The notes: generated by a model not told the origin, from the letters alone. A DNA stretch of 64,000 bases from Candidatus Helarchaeota archaeon (GCA_019058315.1 JAHPZH010000001.1:1137432-1201431); one strand, 5' to 3'. Shown: positions 31,076-41,718, counted from the stretch's first letter. Program-made: numbers and translations.

Positions 31076-32327
31076 TATGCCGAAAAAGAAGAAAACGAAG
31101 ATTAAGTTCCTTCCAGGAAGAGGTATTACAAAATTAATCTCTGTTCCTGATCAATTAGAACTTGATAGGAATAAACATTTAGAATATTACCAAGATTTAG
31201 TTTATCAATGTGGTAAATGTGGGACATGTAGAACTGTATATCAAACTAAGGACTGGCCGCGAATATGCCCCTCTGGAGAAGTAGGGAAGTTTGAATCTTA
31301 TTATTTAGGTGGAAGAAACTTACTCACCTGGGCACTAACATCTGGTCGGCTTAAATGGTCCGAGAACATGGCCAAAATATTTTTCCATTGTACACTTTGT
31401 TTGGCTTGCACTCAACAATGCCAAATTCCGGAAATTCATAACTATGCTGGAGAATGGCTAATGGCAATGAGAGAAGAATCTGTTAAACAAGGATATGGAC
31501 CTATGCCTGAGCATAAAAAATATACAGAACATGTAGAAAAAGAATATAATCCGTACATGGAAAAACACGAAGATCGACTAAAATGGTTACCTTCACATGT
31601 TAAATTAACACCCAACGCTAAAATAGCATACTTTGTAGGTTGCACATCAAGTTATAGAGAAATGAATGTAGCAAAATCAACTGCTGAAATATTGGACTCA
31701 TTGGGTGTCGAATTCAACATTCTTAAAGATGAACATTGTTGTGGATCGCCTGTTTATATGACAGGGCAAGCAGAGAAAGCAAAACTTTTAGCTGAGTCAA
31801 ATGTTAAGATTTTTAAGGATGCTGGGATTGAAAAAATTATTACTTCATGCGCAGGTTGTTATAGAGCATTAAAAGAAACTTATCCTAATAAATTTGGTTT
31901 AGATCATGGCATTGAAGTTTTACATTTACCTGAATTTCTTTTAGACAAATTGAATAATGAAGAGCTTAAATTAACCAAAGCATTAAATATGAAAATAACC
32001 TATCACGATCCTTGCCACATTGGACGGCATATGGGAGTCTACGAACCGCCAAGAGAGATATTAAAGAAAATTCCTGGAATAGAACTGGTCGAAATGGGTC
32101 GGAATAAACAAAATGCATGGTGTTGTGGTTCGGGCGCTGGTGTGAGATCCGGATTTAAGGAATTATCGGGTTTTGCTGCTGAAGAGAGAATTGATGAAGC
32201 TAAAGGAACAAAAGCTGAAGCATTAGTATCCTGTTGCCCTTTCTGTTTAAATCAATTTAAAAATAATATTAAAAATAATGAAATAAAAGCTTTTGATATT
32301 GCCGAATTGATAAAACAAGCAATTTGA
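31059..32327 (+). CDS. Fe-S oxidoreductase, GlcF/HdrD-like (two CCG domains)
   Basis: CGKCGTC, CTLCLAC, CCG twice, YHDPCHIGR and CPFC. Confidence 0.9.
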   Translation: MLEKINMPKKKKTKIKFLPGRGITKLISVPDQLELDRNKHLEYYQDLVYQCGKCGTCRTVYQTKDWPRICPSGEVGKFESYYLGGRNLLTWALTSGRLKWSENMAKIFFHCTLCLACTQQCQIPEIHNYAGEWLMAMREESVKQGYGPMPEHKKYTEHVEKEYNPYMEKHEDRLKWLPSHVKLTPNAKIAYFVGCTSSYREMNVAKSTAEILDSLGVEFNILKDEHCCGSPVYMTGQAEKAKLLAESNVKIFKDAGIEKIITSCAGCYRALKETYPNKFGLDHGIEVLHLPEFLLDKLNNEELKLTKALNMKITYHDPCHIGRHMGVYEPPREILKKIPGIELVEMGRNKQNAWCCGSGAGVRSGFKELSGFAAEERIDEAKGTKAEALVSCCPFCLNQFKNNIKNNEIKAFDIAELIKQAI

Positions 32328-32444
32328 TAAAAAGGTTCCACTAACTCTTTTTTTTTTGGTTTTAAATCCTATTATATTATGGAAATGATTTTTTGAGAAA
32401 TAATTTTTATAACTGTTTTTGATTTTTATATTAGAATTATTCAA

Positions 32445-32711
32445 ATGATAAATTCTTTAAAAATAGGTAGAACCCTAATTTTCTATAATTTTACAGGAGA
32501 AAGATATGTTTTGACACCAGAATTTAAAGTACTTACGTATATTCATCCAGTAAAAAAGTCAAAAAAAGATTTTCATCCAATTGAATTTGAAGAAATGGTC
32601 AATGAACATCTCAAAGAAGGTTGGAAAGTAATAAATTGCGACAGTATATTTTTGGCTGGTGTAAGTCCACAAAATGGAATACATTATTGGGCTTATTTAA
32701 TAAAAGAATAA
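32445..32711 (+). CDS. Small hypothetical protein, DUF4177-like (true start probably TTG near 32510)
   Basis: EFKVL...EEMVNEHLKEGWKVI pattern; GGAG precedes the internal TTG. Confidence 0.55.
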   Translation: MINSLKIGRTLIFYNFTGERYVLTPEFKVLTYIHPVKKSKKDFHPIEFEEMVNEHLKEGWKVINCDSIFLAGVSPQNGIHYWAYLIKE

Positions 32712-32714
32712 AAT

Positions 32715-33059
32715 TCATTCAATTTTTATTTTTTTTAAATTCATTTTATCAATTAAAGTTCCTATATCTGGAAAAGTCCCATAGTGTATAATTTTATTAT
32801 TATAGATAAAAACAGGAAAAGATTTGATTCCCTCAGTTTTTAATAAATTTTTAACTGTCTCATCCTTTAAAAAACTAACACTTCTTAAAAGGACCCTTTC
32901 AACATCTAATTTTAATTTATTTTTTAAATCTTTAACAACTCTGCTTCTTCTAATAAGCTCATTTCGTAGTGAATTAACAGAACGTTGACCTGGAATTGGA
33001 GCGGGAAAACCGCAAGTACCACCAGTTGGATCTAGTTCATAAATATATAATTTTAACAT
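32715..33059 (-). CDS. ArsD-like thioredoxin-fold protein
   Basis: LYIYE..GGTCG N-terminus and EGIKSFPVFIYNNKIIHYGTFP C-terminus resemble ArsD. Confidence 0.55.
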   Translation of the reverse strand: MLKLYIYELDPTGGTCGFPAPIPGQRSVNSLRNELIRRSRVVKDLKNKLKLDVERVLLRSVSFLKDETVKNLLKTEGIKSFPVFIYNNKIIHYGTFPDIGTLIDKMNLKKIKIE

Positions 33060-33224
33060 AAGATTTCTCAGATTATTAATTTATTCGATTGATAATAAGC
33101 ATAAATATACTTTATTTTAAATACATAAAATTAAAAAATTTTTTTTAGTTTACGTTTTATAGTCACTTTTAATCCATTTTTTGAGAACAGATAGGTAATT
33201 AATTTTATAAAATAAGGAAATAAA

Positions 33225-33512
33225 ATGTTTAAAACAGAAGAATTCAAAAAGATAATGAAGAAGTATTCCATTAATGTAGGGGAAGTAATTAAGGATCTAT
33301 TATTAAAGAATTTACCTAAAGAAGAATTACAAAAAGAGTTAATAAAAGTTAAGGAAAGAGTAGAAAGAATTAAGTTGGAGCAACAAGAATATATTAAAAG
33401 CCTTCAAGAAAAATGTCCACATAAGCATATAAAAGAGTCAGTTTACAATGATATTAAACATATATTTTGTAAAGATTGCTTAAAACAATTAAAAATCGAA
33501 AAAATTTCGTAA
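33225..33512 (+). CDS. Hypothetical coiled-coil protein with C-terminal CPH...CxxC
   Basis: ORF track; putative zinc ligands. Confidence 0.6.
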   Translation: MFKTEEFKKIMKKYSINVGEVIKDLLLKNLPKEELQKELIKVKERVERIKLEQQEYIKSLQEKCPHKHIKESVYNDIKHIFCKDCLKQLKIEKIS

Positions 33513-33551
33513 TCTCTGCAATACCGAAAAAAAATAAGGATTAATTAAGTT

Positions 33552-36029
33552 TTAAGGAGAAATCTTCAGAAATGGAGCAGTATTTGAAGACTTAATCTTT
33601 TTTATTTCTTCTGGTGTTCCTGAAGCAATAATTTTTCCACCTTCTGGTCCGCCTTTTAGACCAAGTTCGATAAGCCAATCGACATAGGATAAAACATCAG
33701 GATCATGTTCAATAATAATAACTGAATTGCCTTGATTCACTAATTCATCCAGCAATTCTATTAATTTAGCTATATCATGAAAATGAAGTCCAGTTGTAGG
33801 TTCATCCAATATGAATAAGTCATTACCCTTTCTAGCTTTCCCTAATTCTTTTGCTAGTTTTATCCTTTGAGCTTCACCACCACTCAATGTAGTAGCTGGT
33901 TGACCTAAAGTAATATAGCCCATACCAATTTTTTCCAATATTCCTAAAAATTTAGATATTTTCGCATCATCCTTAAATAATTTTAAAGCTTCACTAACTT
34001 CCAGATTTAAAATATCGTGAATATTATATCCATTATATTTCACATCTAGAATTTCAGGTTTATAACGTGTCCCATTACATTCTTCACAAGGAATTTCAAT
34101 ATCACTTAAAAAGAAAATTTGGAGATCAACAACTCCATATCCCTTACAGCTTGAACATCTTCCCTTATCACTGTTAAATGAAAAATGCCCTTCTGAAAAT
34201 TTTTTCTTCTTTGCCACTGCTGTTTTAGCAAAAATTTTTCTTATTCTATCCCATATCCCAATATAGCTTGCAGGAAAAGAATTTCTATTACGGCCGATGG
34301 GGGCTTGACTAACAACATGGCAATTAGACAAATTATTCCATCCAGTAATTTCAATATTTCCTAAATTCTCAGGAATATTATCGTTAACTTCATCTTCATC
34401 TTTAATTTTAAAATATTTTTTTATAACAGGAACTAATGTATCTGAAATAAGAGAACTCTTCCCTGACCCTGAGACACCGCAGACTCCAACCATTACACCT
34501 AGAGGTATTTCAACTTCAATATCTTTTAAATTATTTGTAGTTACATGTTTCATTTTCAATTTTTTAGTAGAACTAGCAACTTTGCGTTTTTTATTAGAAG
34601 TTTTTTGAGGTAATTTTAATAAACCAGCCAAATATTGACCTGTCATAGATTTTTTATTTTCTTTTAAGTTCTCTATAGTCCCTTGAAATACAATCTTTCC
34701 TCCTTCTTTGCCAGGTCCTGGACCCATATCAATAACTTCATCCGCAATAGAGATTAAATTTGAATCGTGTTCAACAATTATTACCGTATTTCTCAATTTT
34801 TTCAAATCTTTTAATATATTTGACAAATTTTCTTTTTCAATTTCATGCATTCCCATCGTAGGCTCGTCTAAAATGTAAATTAATGAACTTAAACCAGAAT
34901 CAAGATGTGCCATTAAGGATAATCTTTGAAGTTCCCCTCCAGATAATGTTGGAATAGGCCGATTTAGGGTAAGATATGATAATCCTACGAGTTTTAATTT
35001 ATTTAAATTCTTTTTTATTAATTTTATCAGTGCTCTTCCATGACTAGTTATAATGTGTTTATTATCTAAATTATCGATAAATTCGATTAATTGTTCAGCA
35101 TCCATTAAGTTTAATTGTCCAATATGTTTGTCAGCAATAGTTACTTCTCTAGCTTGTTGATTTATCCTATATCCATTACATTCGGGACATTTTATTTTAG
35201 TCATAAAATTTTCTTCTATTTTAGATCGCCTATATGCGCTTATACTTTTTTCCATCGCTCTCTTTAAATGAGGTATAATACCCTCATATTTAGTTTCTAT
35301 CAATCCTTCAAATCTTCGAGATTTCCATTTTAGTTGCATAGTTTTATCTGTTCCATAGAGGAAAATATCTTTAATGTTTTGAGGTAAATCTATATAGGGT
35401 GTGTTTATATCAAAATTGAGAGCTTCAGCTAGAGCTTTTGTAAAATTTTTCATGTCTCCAAAAGCTCCAGATCCAGCTTTACATATTTCAAGTAGATTTT
35501 TATTGGGGTCAGTGATTATTTTTTCCTCTAAGAAGTCCATAATAAATCCACGTCCTTTACATTCTAAACACATTCCAGAAGGCTCATTAAAACTAAAGTG
35601 TTTTATTTCTTTTCGGATTACCCTCATGCCACAATTTTCACAATCTAAATTCTTATTGACTGCAACTTTACAAATAGGACATAAAATTTTGCCTTCGGTA
35701 GCATAAAATCTGCGAAGATCTGTATAAATCGTAGTTTTAGTTCCTACTGTCGATCTTGGATTTGCTAAACGCACAGTTCGTTGTTCAATAGCTATTGTAG
35801 GTGATAAACCTAAAATGGAATCAAATGGTTTTTCATCTTGTACTTTTGGTGGAAATCCAATAGCTTCCAGATATCTAGCCCTACCCTCTTCAAATAATAC
35901 ATCAAAGGCTAAAGAGGATTTTCCAGAACCACTTACCCCTGTAATTGCAATAATTTGGTTTTTAGGTATGTTAACATCTAAATTCTTTAAATTATGAATT
36001 CTAGCACCAGTAATTTTAATTTCGTCCAT
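33552..36029 (-). CDS. uvrA: UvrA-family ATPase (short, class II/DrrC-like)
   Basis: GARIHNLKN, two GVSGSGKSS motifs, two LSGGE motifs, zinc fingers, 825 aa. No uvrB or uvrC in the window. Confidence 0.88.
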   Translation of the reverse strand: MDEIKITGARIHNLKNLDVNIPKNQIIAITGVSGSGKSSLAFDVLFEEGRARYLEAIGFPPKVQDEKPFDSILGLSPTIAIEQRTVRLANPRSTVGTKTTIYTDLRRFYATEGKILCPICKVAVNKNLDCENCGMRVIRKEIKHFSFNEPSGMCLECKGRGFIMDFLEEKIITDPNKNLLEICKAGSGAFGDMKNFTKALAEALNFDINTPYIDLPQNIKDIFLYGTDKTMQLKWKSRRFEGLIETKYEGIIPHLKRAMEKSISAYRRSKIEENFMTKIKCPECNGYRINQQAREVTIADKHIGQLNLMDAEQLIEFIDNLDNKHIITSHGRALIKLIKKNLNKLKLVGLSYLTLNRPIPTLSGGELQRLSLMAHLDSGLSSLIYILDEPTMGMHEIEKENLSNILKDLKKLRNTVIIVEHDSNLISIADEVIDMGPGPGKEGGKIVFQGTIENLKENKKSMTGQYLAGLLKLPQKTSNKKRKVASSTKKLKMKHVTTNNLKDIEVEIPLGVMVGVCGVSGSGKSSLISDTLVPVIKKYFKIKDEDEVNDNIPENLGNIEITGWNNLSNCHVVSQAPIGRNRNSFPASYIGIWDRIRKIFAKTAVAKKKKFSEGHFSFNSDKGRCSSCKGYGVVDLQIFFLSDIEIPCEECNGTRYKPEILDVKYNGYNIHDILNLEVSEALKLFKDDAKISKFLGILEKIGMGYITLGQPATTLSGGEAQRIKLAKELGKARKGNDLFILDEPTTGLHFHDIAKLIELLDELVNQGNSVIIIEHDPDVLSYVDWLIELGLKGGPEGGKIIASGTPEEIKKIKSSNTAPFLKISP

Positions 36030-36038
36030 ATTAATCGC

Positions 36039-37172
36039 TCAAATTTTAATTTTATTTAAATTTTTGAATGCTTCCTCTTCCAGATGAATTATATCATTAG
36101 TAAGTTTTTCCAATTTATTAAAATTTATTAAATTTAGGCAATGATTTTTATCTTTATCCATGGTATTTTTAATTTCTTGAGCAAACACACTCCATAAATC
36201 TCCAGATTCTTTAATCATTTCAAATGATTCATTTAAAAGAGAAATTTCTTTATGATTCCAAGCATTAGGGCCATTTACAATTTCCTCATGATCAGATAAT
36301 TCTTTCAAAAATTTAGAATATAGTTTTCTGAAAAGACCTCCACCAGTACCATATTCTTCAATAAAACCATAAAGATTTTCAAGAGTAATAAAAGCTTTAG
36401 ACACAGGTTTACCAGAATAAATAATCTTATCTTTTAAGACATCTTGCCATTTCGTAATGGATTTAGCAAATAGCTTCATTCCCATTAAACCCTGGTTATT
36501 AACAGAAGCTGCCCTTAAATGGTTTGAAACTTGTTGTAGTGCTAGCTTTACTGCCACTGGAAAGGGTGGTTTCTTTCCATCAACTCTTTTTCTAATTATA
36601 AATTGTGTATTGTTTGGTTGCATGTATTTTGAACCGAATTTAGAATTTCTTGCTTTTTTTAGTTCTTCTAAAGGAACTTCGAGTATTTCTTTGAAATTAT
36701 TGTCAAAAATGTATGCGAGATTTTTTTCTTCATTGTACCCACATAATATTACGGAATGCATTCCAAAATGGAATTCATCTTCCCAATTAAAATATGCAAG
36801 AAGTCCCATATCCACTAATATAATGAGCGGAATATCTTGATTTAGTAAATTCTTTGAGGATTTCCATGCCTCATCTGGTGATTTGAATGTTTCTTTTTTA
36901 ATGCTCAGACCTAAAATTCTGCATGCTAAGCTATTTTCAGTTATCGTTCCTTGTTTACCTCCGACAAAAAATGGTAAATTCATATTAAATGTTGCATCTG
37001 GATTTAATCGTTTTGTATTATCAACAAAAATAAATCCCATTGTTGCATCTAGACCAAATATCATGGGTTCGCTAATTGAAATTCCTGTATACTCAATAAC
37101 ATCTCTCATAGATGATGATTCACAATGTTCTCCAACTATATGGTTAAAATCTTCTATTATTTTTTTAACCAA
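36039..37172 (-). CDS. BtrH N-terminal/DUF4872 papain-like protein
   Basis: GEHCES, ISEPMIFGL and HFGMHSVILCGY motifs, GTGGGLFR. Confidence 0.8.
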   Translation of the reverse strand: MVKKIIEDFNHIVGEHCESSSMRDVIEYTGISISEPMIFGLDATMGFIFVDNTKRLNPDATFNMNLPFFVGGKQGTITENSLACRILGLSIKKETFKSPDEAWKSSKNLLNQDIPLIILVDMGLLAYFNWEDEFHFGMHSVILCGYNEEKNLAYIFDNNFKEILEVPLEELKKARNSKFGSKYMQPNNTQFIIRKRVDGKKPPFPVAVKLALQQVSNHLRAASVNNQGLMGMKLFAKSITKWQDVLKDKIIYSGKPVSKAFITLENLYGFIEEYGTGGGLFRKLYSKFLKELSDHEEIVNGPNAWNHKEISLLNESFEMIKESGDLWSVFAQEIKNTMDKDKNHCLNLINFNKLEKLTNDIIHLEEEAFKNLNKIKI

Positions 37173-37174
37173 AT

Positions 37175-37768
37175 CTAATTCTCTCCTTTTTTTTCTAATT
37201 CTGCTAAAGCCAACTCGACAAATTTTAATTGTGCATCAATTAACATAATTGGTCTAATAAAAAGAGATTTTACATAAAAAGGTGGATTTGGTATTGGTAG
37301 AACTTTAAATCTTTCATTGATAAGCTTTTTATCTCTTTCTAATGACTTTAAACATTTTTTAAAGGCTTCAATTTGTTTTTTTTCATTCAATTGTGGAAGA
37401 TTTGATAATGCTAAGTCAAAATTTCTCCTAAAATCCCTTCCTTTGCTAATTGTATTGTATATAAATTCTCTTAAAACTTCTTTACCAGCATCAGTTATTT
37501 TATAAATTTTAAGGTTTCTGCCTTTTTTAATTTCATTTCTATGTTTAACAAGACCTTTTTCTTCTAATTTGATTAATATGCGATATATGCTTGACTTCCC
37601 AATATCTGTCCAATTTCTCATTTGTCTTTCTTCGATTATTTGATCAATTTCGTAAGGATGCCTATCTTTTTCGCCAACCAAGCCTAAAACAATTATATAA
37701 GCAGGATTTAACTCTTTTAAAATCTTGAACACCTTATCAATAATAATCTTATATGAGAGTATTCTCAA
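37175..37768 (-). CDS. PadR family transcriptional regulator
   Basis: HPYEI, SIYRILIKLEEKGLV and KIYKITDAG winged-HTH pattern. Confidence 0.88.
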   Translation of the reverse strand: MRILSYKIIIDKVFKILKELNPAYIIVLGLVGEKDRHPYEIDQIIEERQMRNWTDIGKSSIYRILIKLEEKGLVKHRNEIKKGRNLKIYKITDAGKEVLREFIYNTISKGRDFRRNFDLALSNLPQLNEKKQIEAFKKCLKSLERDKKLINERFKVLPIPNPPFYVKSLFIRPIMLIDAQLKFVELALAELEKKGEN

Positions 37769-37865
37769 TTAAGAATATTTAAACTTTTCTGAAAAGGATT
37801 TATATAAATAGCTTTATATTAATGTGACTATTTTATGCTAGTTTACTCCAGAAAAAAAGTAAATA

Positions 37866-38393
37866 TTACTCTTCTTGTTCTTTTGGATAAATATTAATAA
37901 CAATTTCCCCATACGGATCCCCTTTCATAAAGCACTTTGTTTCTTTTGCTTCAATTGTATAAGGATTACCAACATATTCTTGAATTAATTCAACGATTTC
38001 TCCAGATAAGATTGCTAGAAAGCCACCAAGGGTTTTATTCCCTAATTTTTCTTGATTAACGTGTCGTACTCCGGCGCAAATTGGACATTTTTTCATTCTA
38101 AGAACTAATTTTCCAACACCTTTAGAACCAATTGAGAATTCTGGTTCCTCAAAAAAATTTTTATAATCTTTTCCTAAAAGACCAAAAAATGTTGTTGACG
38201 CTAGAAAAGCAATGTCATTAATATCTTTCGATATAATCATTTTCATCGATTTTCCTAAAAAAATCGGTTTTTCCATTATCTCACCAAGCATATTTTTAGC
38301 TTCAGAGCGTACCATATTTTCAATTTCGTTTAATGCTTTTTCATAATCATTATTAAAGATTTCAGCATATGCTTTGATAATGTGATTTACCAT
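37866..38393 (-). CDS. V4R-domain-like protein (reading frame is open upstream to about 38500)
   Basis: CPIC...ETKCFMKGDPY pattern. Confidence 0.7.
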   Translation of the reverse strand: MVNHIIKAYAEIFNNDYEKALNEIENMVRSEAKNMLGEIMEKPIFLGKSMKMIISKDINDIAFLASTTFFGLLGKDYKNFFEEPEFSIGSKGVGKLVLRMKKCPICAGVRHVNQEKLGNKTLGGFLAILSGEIVELIQEYVGNPYTIEAKETKCFMKGDPYGEIVINIYPKEQEE

Positions 38394-38514
38394 AAGGTTG
38401 ACAATATAAAAATTGAGTTTCTCGGTCTTATGATAATAAATGCGTTTACCAATATCTGCTAGACGCCTTCTAAACCAGCTTAATTTTTCAACAGGTATTA
38501 TCTACACTTCCAGG

Positions 38515-39129
38515 TTATTCTAAAATTCGAAGACGATGTTCGCAATGGGCTGCTCCGCTTCCTCGGGAAAATACTGTAGTTACCTCCACTTTGTTATATT
38601 CTAAGTCTCTTTTTTCTGCTAAAAGATTGAGGTATGTTTCCAAAAATCCACCTATTGGACCACAATATTGAACATGTTCCTCGGTTTCAAACTGCAATTC
38701 ATAATCCATACAAAGACCACAAGATTTGTCGATTATTCTAAAATAATTTTCTCCTTCCTTTTGAACTTCAACTTTTCCCCATGCCAATTTAAATATCTCC
38801 TTAATAATTTTATCAAGTTTATTTTCTTTTGCTATCCAAACATTAAATAAATCCTTTCCAATGTTGTTTCCGATTATTCTAAGATATTGCATCGCACCTT
38901 TTACGCCAAATCCTTTTTCAAAAAAACTTATAACACCCGGATAAACCATTGTTATTAGGACATTGCCCATCTTCATCTTTAACATTTCTCCAGGAGTTCC
39001 CCTCCTAAGAAGATTTAGGCTCTTATCCATTAAAACGCCTCCAAACTTCTCCAAGCTTACTCCCAAGAGTATATCGCCTAATAAAACAAAACAAAAACAT
39101 ACTAACCTTCCCAAATAGAATAGTTTCAA
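38515..39129 (-). CDS. V4R-domain-like protein (true start probably the internal MDKS)
   Basis: WGKVEV, CGLC, YCGPIGGF and CEH motifs. Confidence 0.65.
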   Translation of the reverse strand: MKLFYLGRLVCFCFVLLGDILLGVSLEKFGGVLMDKSLNLLRRGTPGEMLKMKMGNVLITMVYPGVISFFEKGFGVKGAMQYLRIIGNNIGKDLFNVWIAKENKLDKIIKEIFKLAWGKVEVQKEGENYFRIIDKSCGLCMDYELQFETEEHVQYCGPIGGFLETYLNLLAEKRDLEYNKVEVTTVFSRGSGAAHCEHRLRILE

Positions 39130-39273
39130 TATTTTTGTTATAATTACTTAAATTAATTATATAAATAATTATTTTAGCCTAGTTAATAATTTTTAAAAAG
39201 TAGAATATTTAATTTCTTTTTAAAAGCCAAAAATTATTTAAATATTTAAAAAAAAAGTAATCCTACCCTTTTA

Positions 39274-39624
39274 GTGGGGTTGAAAAAAATGGGAGATAAC
39301 GCAAGACTATTTTCATTATTGAGCTTTATATCTGGACTTATCGGAATATTTTTTATTGGTATTCTTGCTGGAATAACGGCAATAGTATTCGCGTCAATAG
39401 CTTTCGAAATGTATGACGATGAAAGTCATGAAGCAAAAGCAGGGCTTGTGCTTGGTTTAGTCGATATTTGTATAATGGGATTGATAATAATCGGAGTTAT
39501 ATTATCCAGTGCAAGATCAGGTGTTTTTTATACTCCTGTAATGGGATTTCTTTTTCTCTTTGGTCCTTATGGATTTATGGCAATGGCTACTGGTGGTATA
39601 CCTATACCCTTTATGTACTATTAA
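39274..39624 (+). CDS. Small membrane protein, DUF4190-like
   Basis: S..SG..G....G..A..FA...A...AKAGLVLG helix pattern. Confidence 0.6.
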   Translation: MGLKKMGDNARLFSLLSFISGLIGIFFIGILAGITAIVFASIAFEMYDDESHEAKAGLVLGLVDICIMGLIIIGVILSSARSGVFYTPVMGFLFLFGPYGFMAMATGGIPIPFMYY

Positions 39625-39647
39625 ATCTAAAATATGGAGAGATATTT

Positions 39648-40067
39648 ATGTTTGGAGAGAGAAGATTTGCGATAGGTAGTATAATATGTGGTGTAATAGG
39701 ATTATTTTATTGTGGTCTAATACTAGGCTGTCTCGCACTTACTTTTGCAGCAATCTCAATTTTCAAAGATTACAGGGGAGATGAAGCAACTTCTGGATTA
39801 GCACTCGGAATTATCTGTGTGTGTGCATCACTTGTTCAAATTATGGGGCTTAATTATGCCTTCCAACAATCTAAAGCCTATATACTGTATTCATTAGTAA
39901 TGACTGATTACTTTCTTGGAGGAAGTATGGCTAGTTTTGATGTAATACAATACTTTGTAATATTATCAGAAATGACTTCTGCACATATAAGAGCTATATC
40001 GGTAGCTGGTGGTCTAGGTGGTCCTATTCCTTTCTATTGGTTCTATTGGGCAGTATATTATGCCTAA
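39648..40067 (+). CDS. Small membrane protein, DUF4190-like paralogue (ORF track 39468..40067; likely start MFGERR)
   Basis: GGAG upstream of ATG 39648. Shares EATSGLALG and C-terminal GGPIPF with the preceding gene. Confidence 0.6.
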   Translation: MFGERRFAIGSIICGVIGLFYCGLILGCLALTFAAISIFKDYRGDEATSGLALGIICVCASLVQIMGLNYAFQQSKAYILYSLVMTDYFLGGSMASFDVIQYFVILSEMTSAHIRAISVAGGLGGPIPFYWFYWAVYYA

Positions 40068-40269
40068 CCTTATTTTTTTTTTAATAATATTAAGATTTTT
40101 CTTTAATATTGGATTTAAAAAGAAAAATTATATAATTTGACTTAAATTTAGTTATATCATTCAAAAGTTATATTGGAGAAGAAAATAAAAAAAATAAATA
40201 TTATTTTATTTACCTAGAGTCAAATTAAAATAAGATACATGTTTTATTAATTATATTTTGTGAGAAATT

Positions 40270-41379
40270 TTGACAGTAGGAATTATCAAATCTACAGAAG
40301 AAGAAATACCGAATAAACTGATTAAATTATTAGAATTGATAAAATATAAACCCTCTAAAGATCAAATATTTTTAAAACCTAATATTGTAGATTCGGCAAA
40401 ACCAAACTCAGGGGTCAATGTTCATCCACTTGTTGTTGAGACACTCTATAATTATTTTCAAGATCAAGGATATAAAGTAATAATTGGAGAAGGACCTTTA
40501 AATGTAACCGCAAAAGGAATTAAATCAATATTACGTGGTGCAGGTTATAAAAAATTACATAAAGAAATTGGTATAGTAAATTTAAATGATGAGACTACTG
40601 AGAGAGTTGAAAAAGATTGGAAATACGGCAAATTACGTCTACCAAAATTAGCATTTACTCATGAATATATCGATATCGCATGCATGAAAACACATTGGAT
40701 AACAACAGTAACACTGGGGCTAAAAAATCAAAAAGGGCTACTCCTTGCAAAAGATAAAAAGTTATTCCATAAAAAAGGACTTCATGAGCCTATTTTAGAA
40801 TTAAATAAGATTTGTACTCCAGACTTAACAATAGTGGATGGAATATATTGTGTTGAAGGAACAGGACCTACTGTAATAGGCGGAGGAAAAACAAAGAAAA
40901 TGGATTTATTAGTTGCTGGAAAAGATATTCTTGAAGTAGATAATGTTTGTTGTAATATTATGGGATTTGATGTCGAAAAGATCAAGCATATTCCAAAAGT
41001 TAGCTTTGATACTGTTGGAGTGCCGATATCTGAGATAAAGACCGAATTTAAACCCCCTAAAAGTTATTTAGATGCCCCAATAGGAAAAACATTAATTCGA
41101 CTTTATGTTCATGATTCAAGCTGTACGCCAATGGGAGATATAATGATTCAAGCATTTGGTAAATTAACTATGAATCAAGAATTAATGCAAAAAATTCATA
41201 AATTTGAAAGAATAGATATTTCAACAGGGGGAGCCGAATTCCCTGATGATAAGGCAGATGTAAAAATTTGCGTTGGAGAATGCTCAAGATCTATTGCAAA
41301 AAAATATGATTTGATTCATGTAAAAGGTTGTCCAATTGATCCTGATGATTTTGTAAAAGTGTTAAATGAAAATCTGTAG
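40270..41379 (+). CDS. DUF362-domain protein
   Basis: FLKPN, MKTH..VTLGLKN, EGTGP and C-terminal VGEC...KGCP. Confidence 0.82.
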   Translation: MTVGIIKSTEEEIPNKLIKLLELIKYKPSKDQIFLKPNIVDSAKPNSGVNVHPLVVETLYNYFQDQGYKVIIGEGPLNVTAKGIKSILRGAGYKKLHKEIGIVNLNDETTERVEKDWKYGKLRLPKLAFTHEYIDIACMKTHWITTVTLGLKNQKGLLLAKDKKLFHKKGLHEPILELNKICTPDLTIVDGIYCVEGTGPTVIGGGKTKKMDLLVAGKDILEVDNVCCNIMGFDVEKIKHIPKVSFDTVGVPISEIKTEFKPPKSYLDAPIGKTLIRLYVHDSSCTPMGDIMIQAFGKLTMNQELMQKIHKFERIDISTGGAEFPDDKADVKICVGECSRSIAKKYDLIHVKGCPIDPDDFVKVLNENL

Positions 41380-41447
41380 AAGTCATAAAAATCATTAATA
41401 TTTCTTTTAAAATAAAAAATAGAAAAAAATAAAAAAGATTTAAGTTT

Positions 41448-41690
41448 TTAATCTTCGCTACTCACTGCAAAGAATCCAAGAATCCATAAGATAAGAAGAA
41501 TATCACGCAGAGGATCGTCTGAAGGTAGTTCTAAGATTATATATAAGATAAAAATGTCTATAAATGCACTTTCATTAATCTCAATACCAGCTCCACCACC
41601 GCTAGGACCAGGTAGGAAAATACCTAAAATAATTCCCACTGTAACCAGCCCAATTACCCCGATGATCACCATTTTTGCATAAACATTCAT
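41448..41690 (-). CDS. Small hypothetical membrane protein
   Basis: Three hydrophobic segments; AGGTGG upstream. Confidence 0.6.
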   Translation of the reverse strand: MNVYAKMVIIGVIGLVTVGIILGIFLPGPSGGGAGIEINESAFIDIFILYIILELPSDDPLRDILLILWILGFFAVSSED

Positions 41691-41718
41691 TCATTTACCA
41701 CCTTTCCAATATGATAAA

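Noticed and set aside
32779-32789. 11-nt match (CCATAGTGTAT) to the copy 3 variable stem as a possible target
   Set aside because: It is too short to distinguish from chance in 64 kb of AT-rich DNA, and I noticed no such matches for copies 1 and 2.
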